DNA of 64,000 nt, taken from assembly GCA_012295275.1 (NCBI GenBank), contig CM022667.1, positions 14,942,001 through 15,006,000 on the forward strand. The letters run 5' to 3'. Below the pieces are notes generated by a model that was not told the DNA's origin, ran no database searches, and was given only the letters and a program-made list of their open reading frames with translations. Both the position numbers and the translations under genes were made by a program. This document shows positions 28,235 through 41,749 of this stretch, in pieces. The stretch comes from Chrysomallon squamiferum. Lineage: Eukaryota; Animalia; Mollusca. Numbering within the stretch: position 1 is the stretch's first letter; each line of letters begins with the position of its first letter.

Positions 28235-28893
28235 CTGAAATAATATAAGAATAAAACTAGTAAGTTTATATTATTGATGTTCAGTAAAACATAATCATTA
28301 AAGTGATCTGTACAACAACTCTATACTTTATTCACGAAAGAATAAACATAGAGTATTATTATTACTGTATTTTTGTTATTGATTTATATAATTACTCTTC
28401 CTATTATCAAAACTACTGCTGTTGTTTCTTAACGCTAATGTTATTGATTTATTGTTATTGATGGTATGATTATTATTATTATTATTATTGTTGTTGTTGT
28501 TGTTGTTGTTTTGTTACATGTACTAGACATTACATTTCAGTATTTACAGGTGATATTATTGTCAGGCATATAGTCTTGTTTAATTCATGTTGAGTCATAT
28601 TAACAGTTTAAATAAAATAAAATGTAGATCAGCTTAACATACATACAGGATGTCTCTGCCTGCATGTATTTGTGTCAGCAATGCATGTCTGCATATAAAA
28701 GTGTTCATGTACATGTTTTATGTATGTGTTATTATTATATACTTGTACTTTTGTATGTGCTGTTTCTATGTGTGTATGTGCATGTTTCTTCAGGTCACGG
28801 TGTCCGACAGAAAAGTACTAATGACTACTGTCACGTGTATTCTGTTATATATTAAACATGTAGAGAAAAGAAAACTTTCAATTTTTAACTTAC

Positions 28894-29010
28894 TAATTTC
28901 AAGAACTTGATCTCCTAACACAACATTCTTGCTATTAGACACAGTGAGGGAATTCTGAACTGTGCTGACATTTACATTATATTGTACCAGTGTTTGAGTT
29001 CTTCCAGTAT
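28894..29010 (-). CDS. Gene A 117-nt exon encoding a RHIM-like motif (TGRTQTLVQYNVNVSTVQNSLTVSNSKNVVLGDQVLEI)
   Basis: Acceptor CTTTTACTCTGTTGACAAAG|, donor |GTAAGT, phase 1-1, open frame, conserved in the paralog. Confidence 0.8.
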
Positions 29011-29395
29011 CTTTGTCAACAGAGTAAAAGAACTTATATAAATTCACAGTTTATAAATATAATTTCTAAAAACATGTATCTACACGTACAGGTATGACAG
29101 TGTACAGTATTAGTACAATCTGTCTTATCCTTATTACTGAATATAACAATAAAATTATACATTTTAAACAAATGTGTTTAATATTGTTAAATAATTATGT
29201 AAAATAGTAATTAATTAAATAAATAATAAGAATTGTGTATTTTCTAACGAAAAACAGACAAAAATCTTTGAATTGTTAAAACAAACAAAAAAAGTGACAT
29301 ATTTCAAAGACTAACCAAAAAGAAAGAAGAAAAAAAAAGAGAATAAACATGAATTGAAATACTTAATTATTAAAGATTAAATAATTTTGTCATAC

Positions 29396-29453
29396 TCTCT
29401 GGCACATCTATGACGTTAGATGAACTTTCTGAAATCTCTGATATGTCACCCAT
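29396..29453 (-). CDS. Gene A first coding exon (MGDISEISESSSNVIDVPE)
   Basis: Acceptor TTTTTACAG| at 29464, Kozak-like GCCAATATGG, phase-1 donor |GTATGA. The paralog differs by an in-frame 6-nt indel. Confidence 0.75.
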
Positions 29454-30299
29454 ATTGGCTGAGCTGTAAAAAATAATATAATGATTTCTAAAATAGAAAA
29501 AAGAAAATAACATAAGATGAAGCAAAATTCAGAACCATAAAGATAAAAAGAAGAATCCACTGCCAATACTTCATGGTCTACTCTTTCGTATTAACAACAA
29601 GTGATGTTTCATTTACTCCTACCCACAGACAGTTCATACAATTTGATACATCAAGTGTCCTTATTTTATAAACAGTGATGTCAGATTGTTACACAAAAAT
29701 ACTCATGAAGACATCATTAACACAACACTATTACTGTGAAAACTTAATTCTGATCTAATTAATTACTTTTATATCACATCAGAATCAGTTCATTCTTAAC
29801 ATTTTATAATAATTAACTGCGATAATTACCGAAAAGCATTTATAGGATTTTTTCTCAATTGCAATATTAAATTATGTCAGTAAAATAGTTATCACAATAG
29901 CCATACATAGATATAGTTTAATTCTATTTTAAATGTAATCATTACTAGAATATATATACTAAGTTATATCTTAGTCTTATAATAAATATAATAATTATCA
30001 CAATAATTTAATAAGTTATATATTAATTTTGAAATAAATATAAAAATTATCAGAATGATCGAATAAAACAAATCATGTTATTAGTTTTTTCATTTGCATT
30101 AAAATATAAAAACAAAATAAATATATCTGAATAGTTTTAATTATACTCTTATTATAGTAAATGATATGATATAAAAGATAGAAATGGAAATGTCACAAAT
30201 ATATACCTAGAGCAAAGTTAAACACGTAGACAATATGTGATAAGTATTTACAACTTTGTGATGATCAACAACAGATAATGTTTCATGTTTCTGAACGAC

Positions 30300-30720
30300 A
30301 GTTACAACTGATTTTCAATTTGACAGGCCAGTACTTCATGTATCCATGTTTTTTTCTCAAACTGCAACATGCACACATACCAGATACGGATTTTTGACTC
30401 TACCACTGCTCAGTCATTCAGCATCAAGTTGGCAGAATGGTGGATATGAAAAACACAAGAATTGCAGAAAATAAGAATGCATTCAACAGATATCCCTGAA
30501 ACCTATAGGACATCAGCTTTACTCCAAAAAAATGCTTCAACAATTCTGCCTTGGCCAGTCATGCCTCCAGTTTTAAATCCGCTGCAGCATATTCAAGGAT
30601 AGTTTGGCATTTTAGATACACGGTGGAAGCTGAATGATATTAGTCCACCATCTGACAAATGCAACATTTAACTGGAGAGATGAGTTGGATGCTGGAGGCA
30701 GCTGAATGTTTTACTTGTCA
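30300..30720 (+). mobile_element. Fossil Tc1/mariner transposase fragment in an intron of gene A
   Basis: 30540-30600 translates TILPWPVMPPVLNPLQHI, a decayed form of the Tc1 motif LPWPxxSPDLNPIEH. Boundaries are approximate. Confidence 0.6.
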
Positions 30721-31867
30721 CTTTAACTACAAGTGTAATCTAGAGACTCAAAGTAACTTTGTCTCTCTGAAACAGCTTTCTTAAACTATTTCATGAACTC
30801 TGCAGCTCCATACTTTGGAATGATGTTTTCACTCTTAAAAAATACTTTCTAATTATGTGACACTATTGTTATTAAAAAACATTATATATTCAATGCTGGA
30901 TAGACATTCTCCTGTATTCTCAGATTTGTTTGTTATTTTAAAAACATTTCATATATTCAATGCTGGATAAAAATTTACATTTTTGGAACATTTTTTTATA
31001 TCAGAGAGACAAATATATGAATATTATAATGATTATTCTTCTCCATTGTGTCTTCTTGTATAAACATTTTGAGAATTTTAAGCCTTCAGCTTTCAATTTC
31101 TGCTATATTTTCCATTCCAAATCTTGATCACTTCATGATTTTTTGTCATCATGGCAAAAACACCAGTGGGAGTGACATGTATAGATAGTACAGTATTGAA
31201 TCATTATCATATTATGTACAAACCCACCAAGAGGGAGTGACATCTATAGATTATTTGAATATTCATTTTAAAAGACTTTCTTTATTTTTTAAAGATGGCT
31301 ATTTAAAGCTATTTCATGCAGTTAAACATTATTTTACAGTAATTACAAAAACTTATGATTGTGTTTGAACATATATTCCTTCACTTAGAAGTAAATGTAT
31401 TTTCAAAATAATACTAATAATCATAATTCTGTTTTTAAAGAGTTTGATAACTCATCGTAAATATTCTACAGTAAATATAATTATTTATGACAGATTGAAG
31501 ATGTATACACAAACAAACAGCTCCACCCGAACAAGCTTTTCCTTTACTAGACTATGAGAAGACAAAGTGAGTAAGAAGAAAAACTGTATTAATGCTTCAA
31601 AATGTTTTGGTGAAAGTTGGTGTCACCTAACTGAGGTTACTTGTTTTGATACTACTTGCTGAAAATTGATTAAATAGTTGAAGAAATTGAAGTTAGAAAT
31701 ATTCAGTTACTGAAAACATACCAACATATTTTCTTTTTTAAATGAATGGCAGTGATTTTGCTATCTTCGAAAAATAACAAAACAAAACAAAGATCATCAA
31801 AGTTTTCAGTTAGAAACTCTTCAGTAAGTCCTGTTACTTCAAGTGTGAAATGTAAATAAATAAATAA

Positions 31868-31927
<60 letters not shown>

Positions 31928-32257
31928 AACAAAGAAAACATTAGGTAACTCAGGCAAAAAAACATTGTTTTATTAAATATTAACTGTTTCTGTCTCAGAG
32001 ACAACTACGAAGTTTGCTTATTGAAGTCAGTGTAAGATATTTTATATAAAGGTTGAAAACTGCTAAAGAAGTAATTATGATTAACAAACTACTAGAATTA
32101 TAAGTTATTTTTTCAATAAAACCTGGATCCAGTTTGATACTGGCTTTGACAACTGTTTCAGTCTTGTACAATCAAATTCAATACACTTGAATTTGAAACG
32201 TGAATGTCTGTTTATGTTTAAATGTAAGTAGTTAAAAGAAAATTAACGTTTACTTAC

Positions 32258-32334
32258 TTAGAATTCAGTTTAACCCATCTTTAGCTTTGAACATTAACCC
32301 AGCTGTCTGTCACTGACCGTACAACTCTTCAGTC
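32258..32334 (-). other. Probable 77-nt non-coding 5'UTR exon of gene A
   Basis: TTCTATTTACAG| acceptor and |GTAAGT donor; conserved copies at 53772-53848, 56575-56659 and 61948-62024. Confidence 0.55.
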
Positions 32335-33375
32335 CTGTAAATAGAACAATACAAAACATAAATGTTTTCAAATTTTATTTATTAATAATGTAATGTTTTG
32401 ATTTAGAAAATAAAATTATATATATATAATACAATAAAAACATTTTATTTTCCAAAAAAACAACAAAACAATTAAAATAAAAAAAATTAAAAGTCCTCAC
32501 TTTCAAAAACTGAAACAGTTATAATTAGATAAGACTTGCTGAAATCTTGGAAGTCTTTTCGTATACAAATTGTTGTTACGTTTAATTTTTTAACTGCCTT
32601 TTTTTGATTTATGGCGAAAAAAAAAAAAAAAAAAAAACCTATCATCAAATTTATGTGATATTTTGGATTGCACGTGAAAAAAAATAATTGGTTACTGTTT
32701 TAGCATATGAGCTTTTTCTTGTCAGTCATGTTGAATGCTGAATGCCTCAGTGCAGTTTGGCATTTGTATCTTCGGACGATACATCATATATCTTAAAGCA
32801 GTAACTAGTTGTTTCCCGTGTGTGTGTGTGTGTGTGTTTGGGATATTATATACAAGTATCTATATATAGTGACAATTATAACATCATGGTGACTATGTGA
32901 CTGATTAAATATAGTCGTGGTACAACTGAAATGACTGGTGTAATTATCTTATTTGTATCACAAATGCACAGAACTTGCATTACTTTATCATCTTTACTGG
33001 CGACATATAACTAAACCCAATTCATGTACTTATAGAAAGCAGAGAGAGATAACTAGGACTTACAGTAAAAGAAATTGTAAGGGAAATAATTCAAAAAGAA
33101 TAATTAAAATAGGTGAATTTTCGTTAACAACTTCTTTACTTCCTGCAATAACAGTTAAGCTCCACTAAAGTTCTGTAAACAGTATTGCTGACTGCTATAT
33201 AATAAAGCATAACATTAGTTTTTTATAACTCATCAGATAAACATCAGCTGAAGGAAACCAAATACTATTTGAAAAATAAATGTATGTGCAGCTTGCATTC
33301 TATGTCTGATAAATTTAACAGAGAAATAAAACATTGTGAAGTAATATCTCACACTTAATCAACAGAAAAAAATAA

Positions 33376-33438
<63 letters not shown>

Positions 33439-33524
33439 TTTTTAGTAACGAGTTTAATTATCTAGCCAACGAATGAAATAAGAATTTTTGATCACTCAGT
33501 AAGTAATAACTAAAATAATAATAA

Positions 33525-33594
<70 letters not shown>

Positions 33595-33863
33595 TCACAA
33601 AACCAGCAGACGTCGAAGAATTTGGGTCATATAAAACGACTTAACCTGTTACACAAAAGTGACTCCCCGATAGAAAAGGAATCAAAAGAGGAAGATGATG
33701 AAGATAACGACAATGAGGAGTGAGACGCACTGAATGAAATTACAGTTAAAACAATACTTCACCCGTCACGTAAACGTTACTCCCAGATAGATATATTATT
33801 TTATTTATGTATTATTTTAAATTGTTTTGGTTCTTTATTTCGTTATTAATTAATACAAATCTC

Positions 33864-33923
<60 letters not shown>

Positions 33924-34257
33924 TTATATATTCTCAACATTTGCTTTTATCCGTTTATTGTTGTATATATTTATTTTAAATTTGACACGTGTCCCATGTG
34001 AAAACTTGACAACATAAAAAAAGTATTATTACTTAACATTGAACACGACTTGCTCCAAATAAAAAGTCAAATTAATGACTTAAAAATGTATCCGTTATTA
34101 TTATTATTATTATTCACATCTTCGGAATATCACACCAATAATACGATATAATTTTTGAAATATCTAAATGTGACAATGATATAAACAGATAAGAAACTAT
34201 TTAATAATAATAATAATAATAATAATAAGAAGAAGAAGAAGAAGAAGAAGAAGAAAA

Positions 34258-34300
<43 letters not shown>

Positions 34301-35079
34301 TAAATAAATATATGAAAAGAAAAATAATCAACTGAACAATCACATTCACTGCTAAACAAAAATGTTCTACATTAAAGCATTTATTTTTAATAATGGTAAA
34401 ATGTTATTTTCTATAGTAATAAGTAATAAACACTTGTATAGAAATAAAGTCTGTTCTTTCCTAACTCGTGTCTACGTGACTAACCTACAAAGCAGTGACC
34501 TTGACCAGAGAGTTTGTTTCTTTTAGAACCGAACGACAGAGAAAACTGAGTATTAATAATAAACTATTCATTCGCATTTTCCAAATCAACTGATCCCAGT
34601 AATGCAGTTTAATAAATAATTTCATTGAATGAAGACAAGAAATTTAACAATAAAATAATTTTAATCTTTCATGATTCCCGTGTCAAAAGTAATATTAATG
34701 ACAAGATATTCCACATTAAATAGTTAACAAAAATAAAAATAATTTCAAAAACAATACACACCAACAAAAAAAGGACTAAAAAAAAAAAAAGAAGGAAAAA
34801 AGATATCAACTAATAAACACAAGTGTAATAAGGCATAGCCTCCAACATAAACCAGATTAATGTGTGTGTGTGTGTAAGTGTGCTATCAGCTATCTAGAAG
34901 CAGTAACCAGTTATTTCCCTCTGTGCTTTTATCGGTGTATTGTTGTTGCATAATGTAGTTTAAATTTGAGAAGACAAGCATGTCCCATAAAAAGTATTAT
35001 TACTTGAAATTAAATTAGACTTGCTACAAATAAAAAGTCAAATTCATGAATGAAAAATGAATACGTTATGATGATGATG

Positions 35080-35114
<35 letters not shown>

Positions 35115-35757
35115 CTTCGGATAAACAATATCATTTTTGAAATATCTAAATATGACAATGATATACATACAAAAAACTCTTTTAAAATAAATAAATAAAT
35201 AAATAAACTGAACAATCACATTCAGCGCTCAACACAAACACTTTCCATTAAAACTTATTTTTAATAATGGCCAAATTTTATTTGCTATATATAAAAAGAA
35301 AGTTTGCAAAAGAAATAAAGTCTAATCTTTCCGAGCTCGCGTCTACGTGACAAATATACAAAGCAGTGACCTCGATCACTGAGCTTGTTTTTTTTTTTAA
35401 TCGAATGACAGAGCAACCTGCATATTAATAATAAACTTTTCATGACCAAACATTTACCAAATAACTGATATCGTACTATTTATCTTTGATTTAATGTCTT
35501 AATTCTTCGCAATAATGTAATTTAATAAATAATTTCATTTAATGAAATCGAGAACTTTTACAATAAAATAATTTTAATCTTTCATGATCCCCGTGTCAAA
35601 AGTAATATTAATGACAAGACATTCCACATTAAACAGTTACTAAAATAATAATTTCAAAAACAAAACAACAATGAAGAAGGAAAAATACAAAACAAGAACA
35701 AAATCACCTAATAAACACAATTGTAATAAGGAATAGCCTTTAACAGAAACCAGATTA

Positions 35758-35801
<44 letters not shown>

Positions 35802-35959
35802 CGATTCTCTGCAGTAGAAAAAAAGTGTTTCCCAAATAGATATATTATTTTATTTTATTATATTAATTTTTCAAATAAATTAAAACAATTTAATTCATTT
35901 TTATACTGTGAAATAAATAAATAATCAACAATGACTATAAAAAAAATATATAGTATAAG

Positions 35960-36320
35960 TTTCCCTTACCTGCAGAAGAAACGTAAGTAAATAAACACTC
36001 AACAGTCACTGTAAAAAAACAATCAGTATACTTTTCCATATCTGCAGTAGAAGCACAAGTAAACCTTGAAACTTGTCGACTAATGAAGTAACGCAAACAG
36101 AGGATTTTATTACCTCAAAAAATATGTATAAAAGTTTTTTTTAAATAAAATATTTGTAAGCATGTATTTTGCATTCCACTGCGCATGTGCCCGTTGCTGG
36201 GTAATTCGAGGACGCAAATAGCCATACTTGGAAACTGGGTGGTGGGGGTGACTGTACAGGCAATCATACTGAACTGGGAGGCTATTAATTGTTCCAGTGA
36301 CAGAAGTGCGGAAAATTCGT
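35960..36320 (-). promoter_or_regulatory. Probable promoter and first exon of gene A
   Basis: Donor CTGCAG|GTAAGG at 35969; NRF1-like TGCGCATGTGC at 36180-36190; imperfect kB-like GGAAAATTCG at 36310; locally GC-richer. Confidence 0.5.
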
Positions 36321-36373
36321 TATCTTTCCATCTCTGCATACCTGAGACGTTTGTCGCTTCACATAGAAATAAA

Positions 36374-36415
<42 letters not shown>

Positions 36416-37063
36416 TTTAATGCTACTGCAGTCAATCTTTTTATGTTTTATCTTCGGGTATATTGTTCAGTCCCTGTGCCACATAATCCTCTAAGGCAAA
36501 GCAGTTACTTGGTTACATGTTTCACCTTGCCTAAAAACAATTATACATTCAGTTGTGATACATGTGTGTTGACATATATTATTTACAGCAACTTTGTATT
36601 CATTTAAATGCTAAATAATTTAAAATTAATGCTTTTATGTTTTAATACCTCAAAAACCACCTAATTATTTGTGTACGAAATAAATAACATGGTTCAGATA
36701 ACTACACAGAAGAACAGTTTCAAAATAAATGGTTTATTTATAGGTTTTTGTCTTTTATACTTGTGCGTGTTTGTACTAATTACACCTAACAGTAACCGTA
36801 ATTTGACAACTAACCTATAAGGAAATAAGTAGCTACCATTTCCTTCATAAACAAAATATTTAATTAATCATGACACTGTATGTTTTGATGTGGCCATGTT
36901 GTCAGTGTTCAGTCAAAGATGTGTCTGCAACAAATACTCTGGCTGTAAATGGTATCACTGCAAAGACTTGCCGAACAAACAAGTTTGTAGTCCGTCTGTG
37001 GGGTATGGGCACCTGCTAACCCTTGATCTGATCCTGAATTGATTTAAGAGCTGGCTTTTCAAT

Positions 37064-37175
37064 TACAGTGGAATGTCGGATTACGAACGCCTCGAAGCAC
37101 GAACAAATGACATTACGGATCTTGGGTAAATTTTGTCTCTGCTTACTACTAATAACCCGAGTTACGAACTATAGC
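37064..37175 (+). mobile_element. Left-end fragment of a Tigger/pogo-like element
   Basis: TA + CAGTGG...TTACGA-rich subterminal pattern resembling the 41111-41725 element. Confidence 0.4.
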
Positions 37176-37427
37176 GAAGTGTCACGACACGACAACCTTT
37201 CTTTTGCCGTCGGGAAGAATAAGAACAGATGCTTACGTCAAAACCGAGGTCAAAGTAAGGATTACAAGCATGACCTATAGTAAATATATATCACGAATTA
37301 GGGCCTATAATTTTCAATGCGCATTTGCAGCTCAGTAGTCTTTGCATTGAGATTGTGCGCTAGCATTTTTTATATAGTGTTGCTGTTTTTATGTTTATAT
37401 TTTTGTAGGTGGGGGATTGCAGGCTTG

Positions 37428-37876
37428 ATAAAAGCATTGATGTTTGTTAATATTATGCTTATGTATGTACAGAAGAAAAAATATATACATGTATGTATGA
37501 ATACATACACACATAAATATATATATATACACTCCCACACACTCATATATATATATATATATACTAGAGGTAATACTATTACTATTTTTAAATCTATTTT
37601 CATTCTGTCCATCTTACTCGTCCTTGTCATTATCATCATCCTCTTCCTTTTTTTTTTTCGCTTGTCTTCTTTTCTTTTTCATCTTTCTTCTTTCTTTCTT
37701 TCTTTGGTCGTCTTCTTAATTAATAGATTACTGACTGATCAAAAATTCTTGTTTTATTCGTTCGGTAGATCATTAAATTCTTCATTATTTCTAAAACCAA
37801 GCAAAGAAACAAAGCGCTCCCCATAACATGTTTATTTTTTCACTCACTCACTCTGAGGAATATATATCTATCTATC

Positions 37877-37923
<47 letters not shown>

Positions 37924-40221
37924 ATAAATGCATACTATAATGAGACGCACACCTACACCTTGATTTTGACATGTTTTTTTTTTGTTTTCAATGTTTATGC
38001 ATGCATGTGTTTCCAGTAAACAAATTATATATATACATCCATACATACATACACACAGTATACTGACACGCACACACATGCCCAGATTTTGGGCAGGGTG
38101 ATGTATTTATAATATTTATACATGCGTTTCCAGTAAATAATAATAAAATATTAGAAACAACACAAAGTGACTTACCTTGCTGCACCGTCGCACGATCCTT
38201 CTAAAACTTCTTCATTCATAAACACATTGATATGCATGGTCTTTAGAAATTCATTATCTCAATAAACTTGTTTTAACACCCAAACCATTATAACCACAAT
38301 ATTAGTTCGATACCAGTGTCAGCATTATAAAGAGCTTTGACATACAATATTGGCAAGACGTGACGACTTGATAAATTTATTTTTTGGTACTGACTGAACA
38401 ATGTAGGATTCCATGATGGATATGTATTTACTTTGACAAATTATGACTTTACAGACACAGACATACACAGTGTTCAGTTACTTCTTTAATATCTAACTGC
38501 TAGTTAAATCACTTTTTAGTTAAAAACACAACAAACTGAGGTTATTAGAAAATTGCCTTCTGTTGATTTATAGCAGTAACAAGTTATTTCACTTGTGTGT
38601 GTGTGTGTGTGTATGTGTGTATGTGTGTTAATGCATAGAAATATATATTTATAGTGAAAATATATGGTGACTATGTGTCTGATTAAGTATAATTTTGGTA
38701 CAACTGAAATGCCTGGTGTAATTAACTTATTTGTATCACACATACACATAACTTGCATTACTATATCATCTTTACTGGATATATATGACTAAACCTAATT
38801 CATGTACTTATAGAATGCAGAGAGAGGGAACAAGAACTTACAGAAAGATCAAAACATAAGGGAAATAATTCATAAACAATAATTAAAATAGGTGAATTTT
38901 CGTTAACAAATTGTTAACTGTCTGTAATAAAAGTTAAGTTCCGCTAAAGTTCTATAAACAGTACTGATAACTGTTTTATAATAAAGAGTAGAGTTCATTC
39001 TTTGTAACTCAACACATAAACATCGGCTGAAGGAAACCAAACACTTTTTGAAAAATCAATGTATCTACGTCTTATAAATTTAACAGAGAAATAAAACATT
39101 GTGGAGTAACATCTCAGACTTAATCTTAGCCTCCAACAATATATATTGTTATTAATTAATACAAATCTCTATAATAATAATAAGAAGAAGAAGAAGAAGA
39201 AGGAGGAGAAGAAGAAGAAAGATAATTGATAAAATAATAATAATAATAATAATTATAATAATAATAATAATAATAATTATTATAATGTAAATAAATATAT
39301 GAAAAGAAAAAGAATAAACTGAACAATCATATTCACTGCTAAACAAAAATTCTCTACATTAAAATATTTATTTTTAATAATGTTCAAATTGTATTTTCTA
39401 TAATAAAACAAGTAACAAACTTTTGTAAAGAAATAAAGTCTGTTCTTTCCTAACTCGTACCTGTGTGACCTTAATCAGTGAGTTTGTTTCTTTTAAAATC
39501 TAACGACACAGAAAACTGAGTATTAAAAATAAGCTGTTCATTCTCAAACATCATCTAATCAACTGATATTTTACTAGTTCTGTCTTAATTCATCGCAATA
39601 ATGTAATTTAATAAATAATTTCATTTAATGAAAACAAGAAATTTAACAATAAAATAGGTTTAATCTTTCATGACCCCCTTGTCAAAATTAATACTAATAA
39701 CAAGATATTTCACATTAAACAGTTACTGAAATAATAATTTCAAAAACAAAACAGAACAAGAAAGAAAACACCATAAAAGCATTGATGTTTGTTAATATTA
39801 TGCTTATGTATGTACAGAAGAAAAAATGTATACATGTATGTATGAATACATACACACATAAATATATATATATACACTCCCACACACTCATATATATATA
39901 TATATATACTAGAGGTAATACTATTACTATTTTTAAATCTATTTTCATTCTGTCCATCTTACTCGTCCTTGTCATTATCATCATCCTCTTCCTTTTTTTT
40001 TTTCGCTTGTCTTCTTTTCTTTTTCATCTTTCTTCTTTCTTTCTTTCTTTGGTCGTCTTCTTAATTAATAGATTACTGACTGATCAAAAATTCTTGTTTT
40101 ATTCGTTCGGTAGATCATTAAATTCTTCATTATTTCTAAAACCAAGCAAAGAAACAAAGCGCTCCCCATAACATGTTTATTTTTTCACTCACTCACTCTG
40201 AGGAATATATATCTATCTATC

Positions 40222-40269
<48 letters not shown>

Positions 40270-40588
40270 AATGCATACTATAATGAGACGCACACCTACA
40301 CCTTGATTTTGACATGTTTTTTTTTTTGTTTTCAATGTTTATGCATGCATGTGTTTCCAGTAAACAAATTATATATATACATCCATACATACATACACAC
40401 AGTATACTGACACGCACACACATGCCCAGATTTTGGGCAGGGTGATGTATTTATAATATTTATACATGCGTTTCCAGTAAATAATAATAAAATATTAGAA
40501 ACAACACAAAGTGACTTACCTTGCTGCACCGTCGCACGATCCTTCTAAAACTTCTTCATTCATAAACACATTGATATGCATGGTCTTT
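37428..40588 (+). repeat. Near-identical ~815-bp direct repeat (37428-38244 and 39773-40588) enclosing a fragment of the gene's upstream module
   Basis: The two copies differ only by a few substitutions and microsatellite lengths. The spacer matches 32860-33360 and 58500-58890. Confidence 0.9.
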
Positions 40589-41003
40589 TACGATCACTAA
40601 CTCTGAGGAAAACTGGCTGATTACTTATCAAGAAAAAAAGTTTTGTGCTATCGTACTGTTCAGATTACACTTTCCGAATCGGAGCTGTTGATAACAGGTT
40701 TTGTTTTCTCGGAAATAGTAAATTTCCATCCATGACTTCCATTTTTGCTCCTTTTATTAACAATAATAAAGAAAAATCCGTTTTTTTTTTTTTTGCGTAA
40801 TACATATATATTCACCAAAAGTACTATTAAATTAGCGATTATTAGTTCGATAAATTAGTAGTGACTAAAAGGGAAATGCTTAATGATTATATTAACCGAC
40901 CCAAACCCAATCTTCGTAACGTCTAATCATCAGATAAATTGACGTGTAAGAGCTGGCGTTTTGATTAACAGTACAATCTCAGATGAGTGCTGCTGTTATT
41001 ATG

Positions 41004-41110
<107 letters not shown>

Positions 41111-41725
41111 ACCTCTAGTTACGAGTGCTCCAACTTACTAGTGTTCTGAGATACGAGTAGACACCCGGTCGAGGTTTTGCTTTGAGTTGCGAGCCAGAAT
41201 CCGAGTTACGAGCGAGCTTCACGTGGTTACCATCTCTGTTGTGTTGTGCTCGCGTTTTGTGCAGTATTTTGCCGAATGTCCATGGATCCTAAGAAAGTGA
41301 GTGCAAAGGACAGTGTTAAGAAGAAGAAGCGGATGATGTCCACTGAACTAAAGCATGAAATAAATGAGTGAGGTGTGCATGTCCTCGACTTGGCTAGGCA
41401 GTACGAGCGTATTTATTTTACGATATGTACCAGAAGGAGTCGATAAAGGCTATAACTCGAGCCAAGATGTTAAAATCATTTTGAATCTGCGGGCCTCTGT
41501 CCATGAAAAGATGGAGGAACTCCAACCTTGTACACTTTACATATATACATATATTTTTATTATTTAAAAATGCGTTACAAAAAAATGCTGTGGTTTTTGT
41601 GGGGCTGGAACGGATTAATGGTATTTCAATTAATTTCATTTGGGAAAATTGATTTAATATACGAGCAAATTTAGTTACGAGCTCGGTCACGGAACGAATT
41701 CAACTCGTAAGTCAAGGTACCACTG
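41111..41725 (+). mobile_element. Internally deleted Tigger/pogo-family DNA transposon, copy 1
   Basis: Right terminal repeat CTCGTAAGTCAAGGTACCACTG followed by TA; partial left repeat ACCTCTAGTTACGAG; frameshifted MDPKKVSAKDSVKKKKRMMSTELKHEI. Confidence 0.85.
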
Positions 41726-41749
41726 TATATTAATTATATATTTCTTTAT

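Larger units (their letters stand above)
12036..36962 (+). repeat. Segmental duplication copy A
   Basis: Collinear matches to copy B: 12700-12790 ~ 44150-44235; 13350-13760 ~ 44600-45000; gene body; 29400-30500 ~ 52070-53160; 36100-36962 ~ 63070-64000. Confidence 0.9.

Noticed and set aside
36115-36607. ORFs over the promoter region (also 62991-63642)
   Set aside because: They run through (AAT)n tracts, and frames are not conserved between the duplicated copies.
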